From assembly GCA_010093995.1 (NCBI GenBank), contig ML992503.1, positions 549,234 to 613,233 on the forward strand: a stretch of DNA of 64,000 nucleotides, read 5' to 3'. The translations under genes were made by a program, and so were the position numbers. The notes below the pieces were generated by a model. It was not told where the DNA came from and did not search any database. It saw only the letters and a list, made by a program, of their open reading frames with translations. Source of the stretch: Elsinoe ampelina. Its lineage: Eukaryota. Numbering within the stretch: the stretch's first letter is position 1; every line of letters starts with the position of its first letter. Shown here piece after piece: positions 35,379-46,273 of the stretch.

Positions 35379-38096
35379 GATGTATGTGGTGTGGAGTTGA
35401 GAGAAGTATTTGAGTGTTTGGTAGACGAAGTAGTTGTTTGAAAATCTGAGGCTGAGTGCTTGGAGACGACAGATAATGTTGTTGTGAAAGAAATTGGAAG
35501 TAACAGTGCCCTGGAGGGGCCTTTATGCTATGTATTGAACCTGCGGGCAGTAATTGCATTAAGCGTCGTTTGATTGGACGCCACAAATTCAGGCGGTGCA
35601 GTGTGGCTGCCTCAAAACCAGTATTCCGGATCTCCCATGTTCACCAGCCTCATGAACTAAGGCGACGGTCATCCGGAGTGGCCCAGTGCAGAAAACTGAT
35701 ATCGTCAACGTTGCTGTGTATCAGACTCCCGCACCCAGCGACTCTCAGGCTACCTGGGTTCGATACATAGACTCGTATCTTCCGCCATCACGAGACAGTC
35801 ATTATGTCGACAACAAGTATACTTTCACGGCACTAACGATAACTTGGGCGGAAGGTATATGTTGTAGGCCAGCCTATCATTAAGGCCCCGTTCAACTGAG
35901 GAAGCATTGCGGCGTGTCGACGTGGAGAATTGCCAGCAAAAGTCGGCTCTCGCGTCATGGATACACATGGCTGTCCAGATGCCATTTCACCTACCATACG
36001 CTCGTCAACTTTGACCTTCTCGCCTTGCTACATAGCATGCATTTCCGGGAAGTAGTCATCGTTGGAGAAGTGCCGGGGTCAGTCGACCTAATATTACGGG
36101 CGGGGCCACTCTATTTCTATATTTTGCACGATGGAGAGGGTCGTTTCATGTTAATTGGTATCGATGTTCATCACCCAAACCACTTCTGCAAGCCATTCAA
36201 CGTGGCAACTGAAGAAGAACGGTCTGGCGTCCGGGCCGTGACGATCACGTTGTGGGCTTGCTGTTGTAGTGGGGACAGTCTTCCCTTCATGCTCAACGAC
36301 AAAAAGTGGAGATGGCTGGTTAACTTGCATCAATATCTCCAGCATGTTCCACAGCAGAACTGCGATGACCATCTCCGATGTGATGGACAAGTCTTCGGGA
36401 TGCACAACCCGGTCTCAAGCTGCCAGGACCCTGGACTGTGCATGAGAGACCTGTCAAAAGGAAATTCTTCGTAGGATTGTGCAGTAGGGCAAAGTCTGTC
36501 TGTGTGACGGAGCGCCGGCACGTTTGAGAGAGAGTCGGTGGTGGAGGTGTTCGCATGTGATAGAGTTTTGCATGAAGAAATTTACTATATCGGACCCGTG
36601 GCTGCCTTGTAGCAAGTATAATGCCAATTATTCATAATTCAGTGGTGTACCTGTGAGGGTAATTCCCTCTTGACCATGTCATTGAGATTGACTGAGTGCG
36701 TAGGTATCTAGCAACGCGAATTTCCGGCCTCGTGAGGGCTCGGGGTTTATTCTTTTTCCTCCTTCCACAGACGACGTCCTGCAAGCGCCCCCTGCTGCAT
36801 GCATACCGCCCGCTTTATCCCTGTCGCTCACCTCTTGATCTATCTCATTGGCTGCTCGCTGAATGATGTTCTGTACAACATGACGACGCCTATCGACAGA
36901 AGCATCGCTGTCGCTATGGCCGTTGTCTTTGATCCAGACATGCTCCGGTAGTCCTTCGATTTCCACGTTGTCCATGTCTCACCTCCATGCCCTTCAACCG
37001 CGTGGGATCACCTCTGCTCCACATGGCAATTTACCGGGCATTCATGGAAGTGAAGATCTTGCCCTGTACAAGGCTAGACAAGGATGTCTTTGGCCTCCGG
37101 GCATCAGGTTGGACAAGAGATCACACCGTGGACAGGGGGAAGAAGCGGAAGAGACGACAAATCGCCAGGAACCAAAAGATGCGGAGAATGATCTCCAGGC
37201 CCGCGTCGTTCTGATTGGCCGGCAAGATTAGTGCAAAGTCTCTGCAGGCACTAAGATTATTAGCGTGGTCTATTTCCCTGCAGGCTTCCTGCACTGTCGA
37301 AGCCGAAGCTCATGAAACAGCGATGATCTGTGCTCCTCCTAATCTCTAGTCCACGCCTCTCCCTGAGCTCCGTCGACCTGGTGGACCAAATTTCAAGGCC
37401 GCTGCCGATTTTCTCACTTCACACCATCCTTGGTTCACAGTCACGTCCAACCGCGTCTCCCTCGACTCGCCCACAACTTCTCTTTCGCCGACAAAAACAA
37501 CAGTCCAGGTAAGACAATTCTCCCAAACTATCACCGCTGCCGTTGTCTGCCTCCGGAAACAACAACAAGCGACCTCGACGTAGTGAAGTCAGCTGCTGCA
37601 TTCCACCAGACTAGCGCTCATCTCGACAAAACGCCTGTCACCGTTCGCCCACATTCACAACATCCGCCGCGCGAAACGTCTGGTATTCGCACTTCTTCGG
37701 CTCTGGTCGCCAGTTGTGCCATGCGGTAGACTGTACTGTACAGGGCTGCATCCTTTTGTTTCACGATTGCCTTCCACGGAACCTCACTGTCAGGACGTCA
37801 CATCTCGAACCCTCTGGATATTGCTAGGTCTCACACTTCCAGAGTGACCAGTATAATCAATTCCAGAGCCCTTCTCGGGATTCGTAAAAACACAAGGACG
37901 GATACATCATCGGACGGCTCTCATTTCCACTCATTTCCGGCCACTACAACCATATGCGCTCGCAGGCACGAAACGATCACTCGACACACCTCCTCACACG
38001 ACAGTTTGATTCGCGACAGCTTTGAGACGCAACTCTCACGCCACGCAGGCAGACCATCAGAGCTTTTCTCAGGCCCGCGCTGGTGCCGCCGCAAAC

Positions 38097-41000
38097 ATGA
38101 ACAGGTTTTTGAGCAAGAAGAAGCTGGATGACTCTGCCAGTATTGGCAGCAAGGAGACGAAGAGATGGAAGAAGGGGAAAAAACCTCAAGAAGATGAGAA
38201 ACCACAAATCGACCTCAAGGTCGCGCTACCATCGAATGACGACTTCCGTACAAGTCTGATCATGCCAAACCTCTCAATGCGCTTTAGCATGCTTCGAGAA
38301 CAAGATGATCCTACGTCGAAACTAGGAAAGGCCAGCGACGACAGTGTCCTCTCACCGAAGCGACAATCACGACTACCCGACTTTGGCTTTGCGCCCTCGA
38401 GAAATCTGAACGACATTGCCGAGGTCGCATCCGTGTCAAGCTCAGTGCGACCACCATGGCTCTCACAACAACACGATTCATTCGTCTCGGACGACAGCTA
38501 CGGAGCTGACAACGATTCTGCACACAATGGAGGTGTCATGAACAGAGCGCGACCCGGCGAAGGTAACGTACTGTTCGGCGGAAGGCAAAAGATCTATAAG
38601 ATTGCAAACTCGAAATCAACGAAGAGCTTGCATGGCGAGGGAGGTATGGGCAAAGTTGTCTACGAAGACGACGTCTCTCAATCGGCCTTCCAGAAGTTCA
38701 AGCAGGCAGAACGTGATGCTGCGGCACAGAAGGCTTTGGACGAGGCAGCGGAGAGCAGCGACTCGAACTCGATACCTTTTGGTCTTTCATCTTCTTCCGC
38801 GGCAATGTCGACTCCTTTCAGACCACAAACCGCACCTCTCACCGAAACAGCGCGCTCGCCAAGCTTGTCAAACGAGCAGCGGCAAGCATCAATTGACTCG
38901 TCCGTCAACTCGGATCATGCGCACGATCGCGACTCTACTCCAGGGACTTCAATTGCGTCACAGCCATTCACCAGCCCTTCTTCTTCATCCTTCTTCTCAA
39001 AGACCAAGGCCGCGAACGCAGCTCCTCTCGAAAGGTCATTGACCAAACGACGTCTGTATGAGCAGAGCCTCGACCAGAGCAGGCAAGAACAGCAGGTCAC
39101 CGCTTTGACCCGCCTGAACTCGATACAAAAACAGAGAAACTTTTCCGGTACAAAGTCGCCACCAATGGTGTTGTCGCATCCCAAAAGTACGACAAACATA
39201 CAGCAGCAGGAACGTGCCTTTTCACCGTACGGTATGCGCCCTCAGAGCCCCACGGAGACACTTACCACCTTCGATTCACTTGGCAAAGGTCACATCAGCC
39301 CATCCCCGCCAGCGAGTCTTCCGCAGTCACCAACATATGTACCACTGAACGAATATGATGAGCTGAACCCGCTTTCCTCGACTATCCAGCCTGGAGATCG
39401 CGGTAAAGCCACAGCGATGAATGCTTTCCAGATGCCACGGCAACCATTCGATGAGGAACAATACCTCCAGAGGCTTCAGCAGCTGCAACAGACGAGCACG
39501 AGTCCAGAGCCTGAAACTCCTACAGAGAAGGAGCAACGAAGTCATTCTCCTTCACTCACCCGATTTGACTCCGCCAGACAACCAGCAGATGATCCGATCG
39601 CACCTCCAGCTCCACGCGCTCGCTCTCTGTCTCAGCCGACCCAGCCAGAACTTCCTAATGCATTCTCGGTGTTTCAACGAGCAGCTGCACAAATGCGAGG
39701 CGAGCAGCATCAGGAAAACGAGGAGCAAGACGTCTCGGAAGAAGAGCAAATCCCTGACACGCATCGTACATTCTTTGGCGACATCAGTGCTAGCGACGAT
39801 GACGACGAAGACATCCTGGCTGATTATGGAGCGCGTAATTACTACGGATCTGCAGGACGCTTCCGTCCTGGCGAGCTCGAGAACATCCAAGAACACCCAG
39901 GAGGTCGAACACCTACTCCTCTATTCCCGGAGATCAAGGAAGAGGACGAAGAGGATGAATATGTCATGCCTCCCCAACCTCTCAGAACATTTGCTTCCAA
40001 ACCTTCTCTTGCAGATTCTGCGAAGGGACATGTGGAGCCTGTCAAAGAAGATCCAGTCCACGACGATGAGGAGCTCCTTCCTGCTGAAGCATATCGCCCC
40101 AACGACCAGAGCAAAGCGCTTGGAGGACTTGTTCACCAGCATCTGCGGAACACCAGCAATGTTTCATCTGCCCCAAGCGCTGCAGCTCGCGATTTGAGCA
40201 GCAACCACTTGCGAAATCCTAGCGATCAGTCATCCATTTACACGAACACCATAGGCCAGGAGAACAGCGCTCCAAGTCTTAGCGATGCGACTTCGAGATT
40301 CACGAACAGGACTTACACATCAGATAATCGCCTTGACTCAACATACACCAACTCTAATCCCTGGGACCTCGACGACTTTGAATACTACAGTTCACACGGC
40401 GCCAACAAAGCAGCTACAACACATGCAGCACCGCAAGAGACTCGCGTTCTCGCTTCAGCACCGTCCAAGGCAAATGCGGATCTCAGCAGTCAACGCAGCA
40501 GCGAGGCTTCCAACTGGCAACCTGAGCACAAGCGCGAATTGAGCGCGGGAACTCTACAAGAACGCGAGGCTTTCGAGAAGGACATTGCAGCTCGCCAGAA
40601 GGCCATCCAGGAAAATCTCAAGAGCATCATCGAAGTTGAAAGCCGAGGCAGCAGCCCCCAGCCAACTCAGAATGGCTCCTTCAAGGCTTTCAACAACATG
40701 CTCAAGACCAAGACCAGCAGAGATTCAATGGTCAAGCAAGAGCAGCCGTCAAAGGCCATGAAAATGCTTGGACTCGGTGCAAGTGGATCGCAGACGAGCC
40801 TGCCACTTAGCCGGAAAGGTAGCGCAATTGGTGACGAGATCAAACCGCCATCGGACAAGTTCCCGAGCTTTGCCAACAGCCCTCGGCCGTCCTTCTCTCA
40901 ACGTACTCCGCCAATTGGAGACCAGAAGACACGCGGCATGTTCGATATGCAGCGCCCTCGTGGTGAGAGCGATGCTAGCGTGTCTCGCATGCCTTCAAGG

Positions 41001-42128
41001 CCTTCGCCCCCTTCCACATCTGCAGGTCCACAATCTAGAGTGCGGTCCAGCTCCCAGACCTCATCGCTGCGAAACAGGCTCATGAGCGATGCGGACAGGA
41101 TGCCATCTGAACAAGCAGGTGAAGGTGCACGGCAAGGTGCTTCGCCAATGGCTTCGTCCCACACGTTCTCGCCTCACTTCTCACCAAATTTCTCTGCCGG
41201 ATTCTCGCCGCATTTTTCAACCCAATTCTCACCTCAACAGTCACCTAACCTGAGCCGACATCCTACAAACACGTCAGACTCTGGTAGGGTGAGGAGCGGC
41301 AGTCGCTCGGCGATGAATAGTCCCACGGAGCCTCACATGTTGATGTCTCAAGCGTCCATGTCACAAATCTCCATGTCCCAAACGTCAGCGACCATGTCCA
41401 ACACTTCGCTATCACATGCAGCATCGGCACCGCAAGCATCAATGCCACCTCCGCAACCAACGTATCGCACCATGCCAATGGCCACAGTGTCAGCGCCAGC
41501 ATCAGCTACTTCTGCTGTGTTCAAGCAGGGTCCTGGTGCCGTGCCCTCGCCACGCCCGTCGCCAATGCCTTCGCCGTACTATGCGTACCCAACACCACCT
41601 GCATCTGGCAATTCAACCCCGGTCGCGTATGGTCCTGCTACTCCGACCATGCCCAATATTCCGAACATCAAGCAGAATGGTCTGTTGCGAAAGCGAACTG
41701 TCTGCAAGAACGAGATCTCCGACCCGATCTTGATCTCTTCCACATCGAACGTGGAGACTGTGGATCTTCCTCCCGGAGCATCCTTGAGGAACGGCATGGA
41801 GCCGCCTCCTATCCCACCAGTCAACCCTCGTCGCAGAGCCACCAAGAAGCTTTTTGGGCTGGGAAGCAAGCAGGAGTCGGAGGCATCATCCCGCTATCCC
41901 AACCCTGGCTCGCCCCCACCCATCCCAACCTCTGCACCACGCAGGGTCAAGAGTCCAGAGCCATACCTTGACCGGTCCATGGAACAGACCTATCGTAGCG
42001 CGTCCGCGCAAGGCCACCGTCCAGCACCACGTGCTATGCGCTCCAACGAGAGCTTCGACCGTCCTTCATATCCAATCCAGGGTGGTCCTCCACAGAGACC
42101 GATCATGACCGAAGGAGGCATGTTCTAG
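38097..42128 (+). CDS. Large Ser/Pro-rich fungal hypothetical protein
   Basis: >1300-aa uninterrupted ORF starting MNRFLSKKK. Conserved-looking blocks DDFRTSLIMPNLS.RFSMLREQDDP.SK.GKASDDSVL, GEGNVLFGGRQKIYKI, ISDPILISSTS.V.TVDLPPGASLRNG. Function unknown. Confidence 0.85.
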   Translation: MNRFLSKKKLDDSASIGSKETKRWKKGKKPQEDEKPQIDLKVALPSNDDFRTSLIMPNLSMRFSMLREQDDPTSKLGKASDDSVLSPKRQSRLPDFGFAPSRNLNDIAEVASVSSSVRPPWLSQQHDSFVSDDSYGADNDSAHNGGVMNRARPGEGNVLFGGRQKIYKIANSKSTKSLHGEGGMGKVVYEDDVSQSAFQKFKQAERDAAAQKALDEAAESSDSNSIPFGLSSSSAAMSTPFRPQTAPLTETARSPSLSNEQRQASIDSSVNSDHAHDRDSTPGTSIASQPFTSPSSSSFFSKTKAANAAPLERSLTKRRLYEQSLDQSRQEQQVTALTRLNSIQKQRNFSGTKSPPMVLSHPKSTTNIQQQERAFSPYGMRPQSPTETLTTFDSLGKGHISPSPPASLPQSPTYVPLNEYDELNPLSSTIQPGDRGKATAMNAFQMPRQPFDEEQYLQRLQQLQQTSTSPEPETPTEKEQRSHSPSLTRFDSARQPADDPIAPPAPRARSLSQPTQPELPNAFSVFQRAAAQMRGEQHQENEEQDVSEEEQIPDTHRTFFGDISASDDDDEDILADYGARNYYGSAGRFRPGELENIQEHPGGRTPTPLFPEIKEEDEEDEYVMPPQPLRTFASKPSLADSAKGHVEPVKEDPVHDDEELLPAEAYRPNDQSKALGGLVHQHLRNTSNVSSAPSAAARDLSSNHLRNPSDQSSIYTNTIGQENSAPSLSDATSRFTNRTYTSDNRLDSTYTNSNPWDLDDFEYYSSHGANKAATTHAAPQETRVLASAPSKANADLSSQRSSEASNWQPEHKRELSAGTLQEREAFEKDIAARQKAIQENLKSIIEVESRGSSPQPTQNGSFKAFNNMLKTKTSRDSMVKQEQPSKAMKMLGLGASGSQTSLPLSRKGSAIGDEIKPPSDKFPSFANSPRPSFSQRTPPIGDQKTRGMFDMQRPRGESDASVSRMPSRPSPPSTSAGPQSRVRSSSQTSSLRNRLMSDADRMPSEQAGEGARQGASPMASSHTFSPHFSPNFSAGFSPHFSTQFSPQQSPNLSRHPTNTSDSGRVRSGSRSAMNSPTEPHMLMSQASMSQISMSQTSATMSNTSLSHAASAPQASMPPPQPTYRTMPMATVSAPASATSAVFKQGPGAVPSPRPSPMPSPYYAYPTPPASGNSTPVAYGPATPTMPNIPNIKQNGLLRKRTVCKNEISDPILISSTSNVETVDLPPGASLRNGMEPPPIPPVNPRRRATKKLFGLGSKQESEASSRYPNPGSPPPIPTSAPRRVKSPEPYLDRSMEQTYRSASAQGHRPAPRAMRSNESFDRPSYPIQGGPPQRPIMTEGGMF

Positions 42129-42727
42129 GATCGGACGACATGCACATTTTATTCTTCTTTCCACTTCTGATTCACGGCAATGATATCCCGAGCGCGTTCA
42201 GCCGGCAGGGCCGGCATGATCCGATTTTTGATGCAGATTCTGTCCTTTTTCGAGTGTGGCTGACGGCGCATGGAAAATGGTGATGGCCATATAATGGGGA
42301 TACGGTCGGATTACACATTGCTTGTTACAATATTGAGGACAATGTCGCTACGCAGCGTGCATTTGTCCCGTTGCTTTCTTAAGTCCTCCTTCAGAGAGGC
42401 TTGCTGTAGATTATGAGATATCCCCAAGGAATTTGATCAAAATGATTTTCGAATACTGTATTCCCTGAGATTGGTCGATGACCTTTGCTGTTGATGGCGG
42501 GTGTTCGTCTTTTCGATCCAAGTCGATGCGTGCATGTGTCATCGCGTGTCTGTCCATTGATTCTGTGCTGATGTTTTCTCGAAGTCGTTGGCCAGGGCAA
42601 CCACTCACAAATAAGCGCGTGAAGCGCGGTAGACGCGGAGTCCCCTTCACATCCAAGAAACATCGTCACTCCAAATTGTTCGCGCGTACACAACCGTTTC
42701 GCCATCACTTCCCCTCCTTTCACCAAC

Positions 42728-44326
42728 ATGGCGTTCCGATCGAATGCGACTCCCATGGACTTTGAATATGAGAATGGTACTGGGCCTGTCGACTATCGCT
42801 CGCCATTTGGCGCATTGAGCAACAATCCTCAGAGATCTTTCGCTAGCATGGGTGATAGTCCAAGCAAGAAGCGGGGTATGGATGACCTCTTGACAGCTTG
42901 TCAAATAGCTAGTCACAGGTATAGAAGTATGACTGACCATACTGCAGGAAATGCGTCCAACTTTGGCGCGCCTACGAGATCTGCAGCTCCCAGCCATCGA
43001 CCCACGGACTCCCAACCATACGCTCGCATGCCGTCACCTACAAAACCTCCTTCGCCTTTGAAGAGCTTTGGCACACAATTCAATTTCAAGGGCAACCCAT
43101 TCTCCACACCCAGGAAGATCGAACCAGAAATCGCCTCGTCAGGAGGAGAAACACCAAAGTCACCCGAGCAGTCGATATTGGACAGCGATGCTACACCTGA
43201 CAACAGTATGAATTTCCGGGGCGTGGCCGCAAAGTTTGATGCTGCGACGGCTCCTACACTCAGCCCGTCAAAAGCAAAGAATAAACCGCTGGCGAATGTC
43301 GCAGAGAAGGACCCGAAGGAAAGACGGCGGGACAGCTGGCTGTGGCGTGCAGCGAGCTATGTAACGAACTCACCAACCTCATATCACACATCAGGCAAAG
43401 GCGAGATTGCAAGGGGTCCTTCGCATGACACGGACAACAAGGTTGTGAAGAAGCAACAGAAGAAGCGGAGGGGAGATGCTGTGCGACAGCTTATCAAGCT
43501 GCGGAAAGACTCTCTGTCCGAATCAGAAGACTCCCGACCGCCATCACCCAGCAAATCGAAACGAAAATGGGGCCGATCGAAGAAAGACGAACCTCTCCCT
43601 GAAGTCCCCAAGACAGGCGGAATAGGTAACTTCTTCAAATTCCTGACCGATCACCCAACACTCCCTCAGATTCTCTCGTGGTACGCTCAACTCACGCTCA
43701 ATTTCTTCCTCGTCTCCTCCCTCATCTACCTCCTCTACTCCTTTTACGCAACCATCAAAGGCGACATCGACAAGAAAAGCACAGAAGCTGTATCAGAATT
43801 GCTGGCGGAAATGGCAATTTGCGCAAGACAGTACACCGACAATCGGTGTGCGCCAGAGACCCGCGTACCAGCCATGGAAACCGTCTGCAACAATTGGGAA
43901 AAGTGCATGAATAGGGACACACGAGCGATGGGCCGAGCAAAGATCAGCGTTCACACATGGGCAGAAGTGTTCAACGCCTTTGTCGAGCCCATCAGCTGGA
44001 AAGCCATGGTAAGTCATCTATTCATGCCCACTTGCTTTGTGGATGACTAACATGTCCAGATCTTCTCCTCCCTCCTCATCTTCGGTTGCGTAGCACTCAG
44101 CAACTTACCCTTCTCCATGATCCGCCACCGAGCAGACGAAAGAGCGGCAGCCAACCATCATCATTACTACGGCAACGTCCCACCGACGCCGGGCAGGCAG
44201 TTTAGTAATCCAGATATGGGGTATTGGACGCCGCATGCACAGAACGTGGGCTTGGAGCCGGCGCCGAGTCAACCGGCAGGGATAGAAGGGAGGGAAAGTC
44301 CGGTGAAGAGGTTACAGTTCAGATAG
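42728..44326 (+). CDS. BRR6: Brr6/Brl1-like nuclear envelope protein; probable in-frame intron 42876-42947, intron 44009-44059
   Basis: TM segment followed by the four-Cys domain C...Y..NRC.PETRVPAME..CNNWEKCMNRD....GRAK.S....AEVFNAFVEPISWKAM and a second TM in the last exon. Confidence 0.85.
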
Positions 44327-44451
44327 TGCGACCTTCTTTGTACTAGAAGACCAGGAAGAGAAATGAATCATTCACGACTAGGTCATTGCTCTGGGTATCA
44401 TATGCCACTCCTCCTGCAAGCCCAGCTCCATTCCTCCCCCTCCCCATCACC

Positions 44452-45885
44452 TTACCCCCCACCCCCTTCCCAACCCCAATTCTCCACCACCCTTGCCCCC
44501 CTAAACCGCCTCTGCACCCACCCCTCCCCGTACTCAAAATACTCCTCCCTCCCGACCATACACCTCTCCACCCTCGCCCTCTCGGCCGCCACCCTCCTGC
44601 CCCCCTCCCACGTCGCCCCGATCGGATCCTGCGCCGTCCCAACCCTAACCTCGAATTCACTCGGCGCCACCGCCCTGACTTCCTCCTCCAACCTCTCCCT
44701 GAACCCAGGCAGGAGCGCATTGCCGCCCACGAGGACGACGTTGGCCAGCAGACCCTGCCAGAGAGAGCGGGGGAGGGGGCCGAGGGATTGCAGGACCGTG
44801 GCGGGGAGGCCGGATTGCGGGAGGGAGACGAGGGAGGAAGGGGAGAAGAGGAGTTCGGGGGGCACGAAGCGTTCGGTGGAGAGCGGGAAGGATTCTTCTT
44901 TTGATTTGTCCGTGTCCGTGTCGTGGTCGGCGGATGGGGCGGGGTGGGTGGGGGGCCCCGAGGGGTTGTTGCGTGGGCGGAGGTATCCCCGGTGGAGGCG
45001 GGTGTAGTCTGGGAGGATGTAATCTGCTACGACGTCCGATGGGGGACGGCGGGCGGAGCGGGGTCCCCGCCAGGTGGCTTCTAGTGCGTCGGGGAAGGAG
45101 GGGGCGACGAAGCAGGCGTCTTCTTTGATTTGGGAGATGATGTGGGGTTCGTCCATGAGGGAGAAGTGGCGGAGGGAGATCAGGGAGGCGAGGTGGTTGG
45201 AGATGTGCTTGCCGCCGATGTCGAGGCGGCGGATGCCAGAGGGGATGGGGCGGCCGCGGAGGAGAGGGGTGATGGTTGTGTGGGAGTGGGAGGAGTCGAT
45301 GAGGAGGAGGATTTCGATGGGGAGGGTAGAGGGGGCCGAGGGGGAGGCGAGGGATGGTGGGAGAGGATTGAGGGCGTTGAGGGAGGGCCCATTGACGCGG
45401 TAGGCGGAGGCGAAGGAGAATTCTTCGAAGATGATCTGGTCGGCGTTGGAGGAGAGGGCGGCGGGTCCGTTGGAGTGCTCCGTCAAGAGAAGGTTGGTGG
45501 AGGCTGGATCACACTGGGGAGATCAGTACAGTTGGACGAGATGTGATGGAATGAGGCTCACATATAACTTCGCCTTTGGATCGAAGAACTCATGCTCGAA
45601 GATGGCCCTTTCGAGGTCCCAGTTGACAATGTAGCCTCTCTCCACGGGTCGTCTGAATTGTATCTCTCCAAAGTCGTTGCACTGTGATAACGACGAGCCG
45701 ATGTATGTCTGTTTCGTCCGTGATCGGGCTATACAGTTTGGTATGACATGGCATTCTGTTTGCACCGCCGGGTCTTGTGATGATACTAGTCCCGCTTTGA
45801 TAGTGTATGCGCCAGGGTCAACAACAAGCGTTTGTGACTGAATCGAGGCTGATATTGTCGGAGCTACAGGAGTCTCTCTGGCCAT
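44452..45885 (-). CDS. ARP6: Actin-related protein 6 (SWR1 complex); intron 45561-45514
   Basis: LVVDPGAYTIKAG, FRRPVERGYIVNWDLERAIF, IFEEFSF, IRRLDIGGK, QIKEDACFV, DYILPDY, ERFVPPELLF, NVVLVGGNALLPGFRERL. Confidence 0.92.
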
Positions 45886-46273
45886 GATATGTTCCCTCTC
45901 AATTTGTCGAATATATGGTTGTTCAAGGGAAGAACCAGGACTGTCAACCGAGGTATAAGCTAGAGCGCCAAGAAGGACCCTGATTCAGTTCATCCCCTGG
46001 TAGAACTAAACACTTATCCACTACTCTACTAATTCATGATCAAATTAGATAGTTATTGTCTTAATCTGTTGTTACTTAGGAGTTCTATTGATTTATCTAT
46101 CTCTTAGTTTATTAGGTTAAGTATTTATATAGTTATAATCTACCTTAGTTTAGTAGATTAGGTAGTAATTAATCCTTTTTCCTCCCCTACACAAGTTAAT
46201 AGTTATAAGCCCGGTATAACTACCCCTATACAAGTATATTACTTAGTTACTTTCCTACTCTATTTATTAGTTA

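Noticed and set aside
990..45941. Giant cargo-carrying element (Starship-like or composite transposon) bounded by the long inverted repeats
   Set aside because: No tyrosine-recombinase captain gene is present, the contents are ordinary housekeeping genes, and the inverted repeats are explained as two Copia 5' ends.
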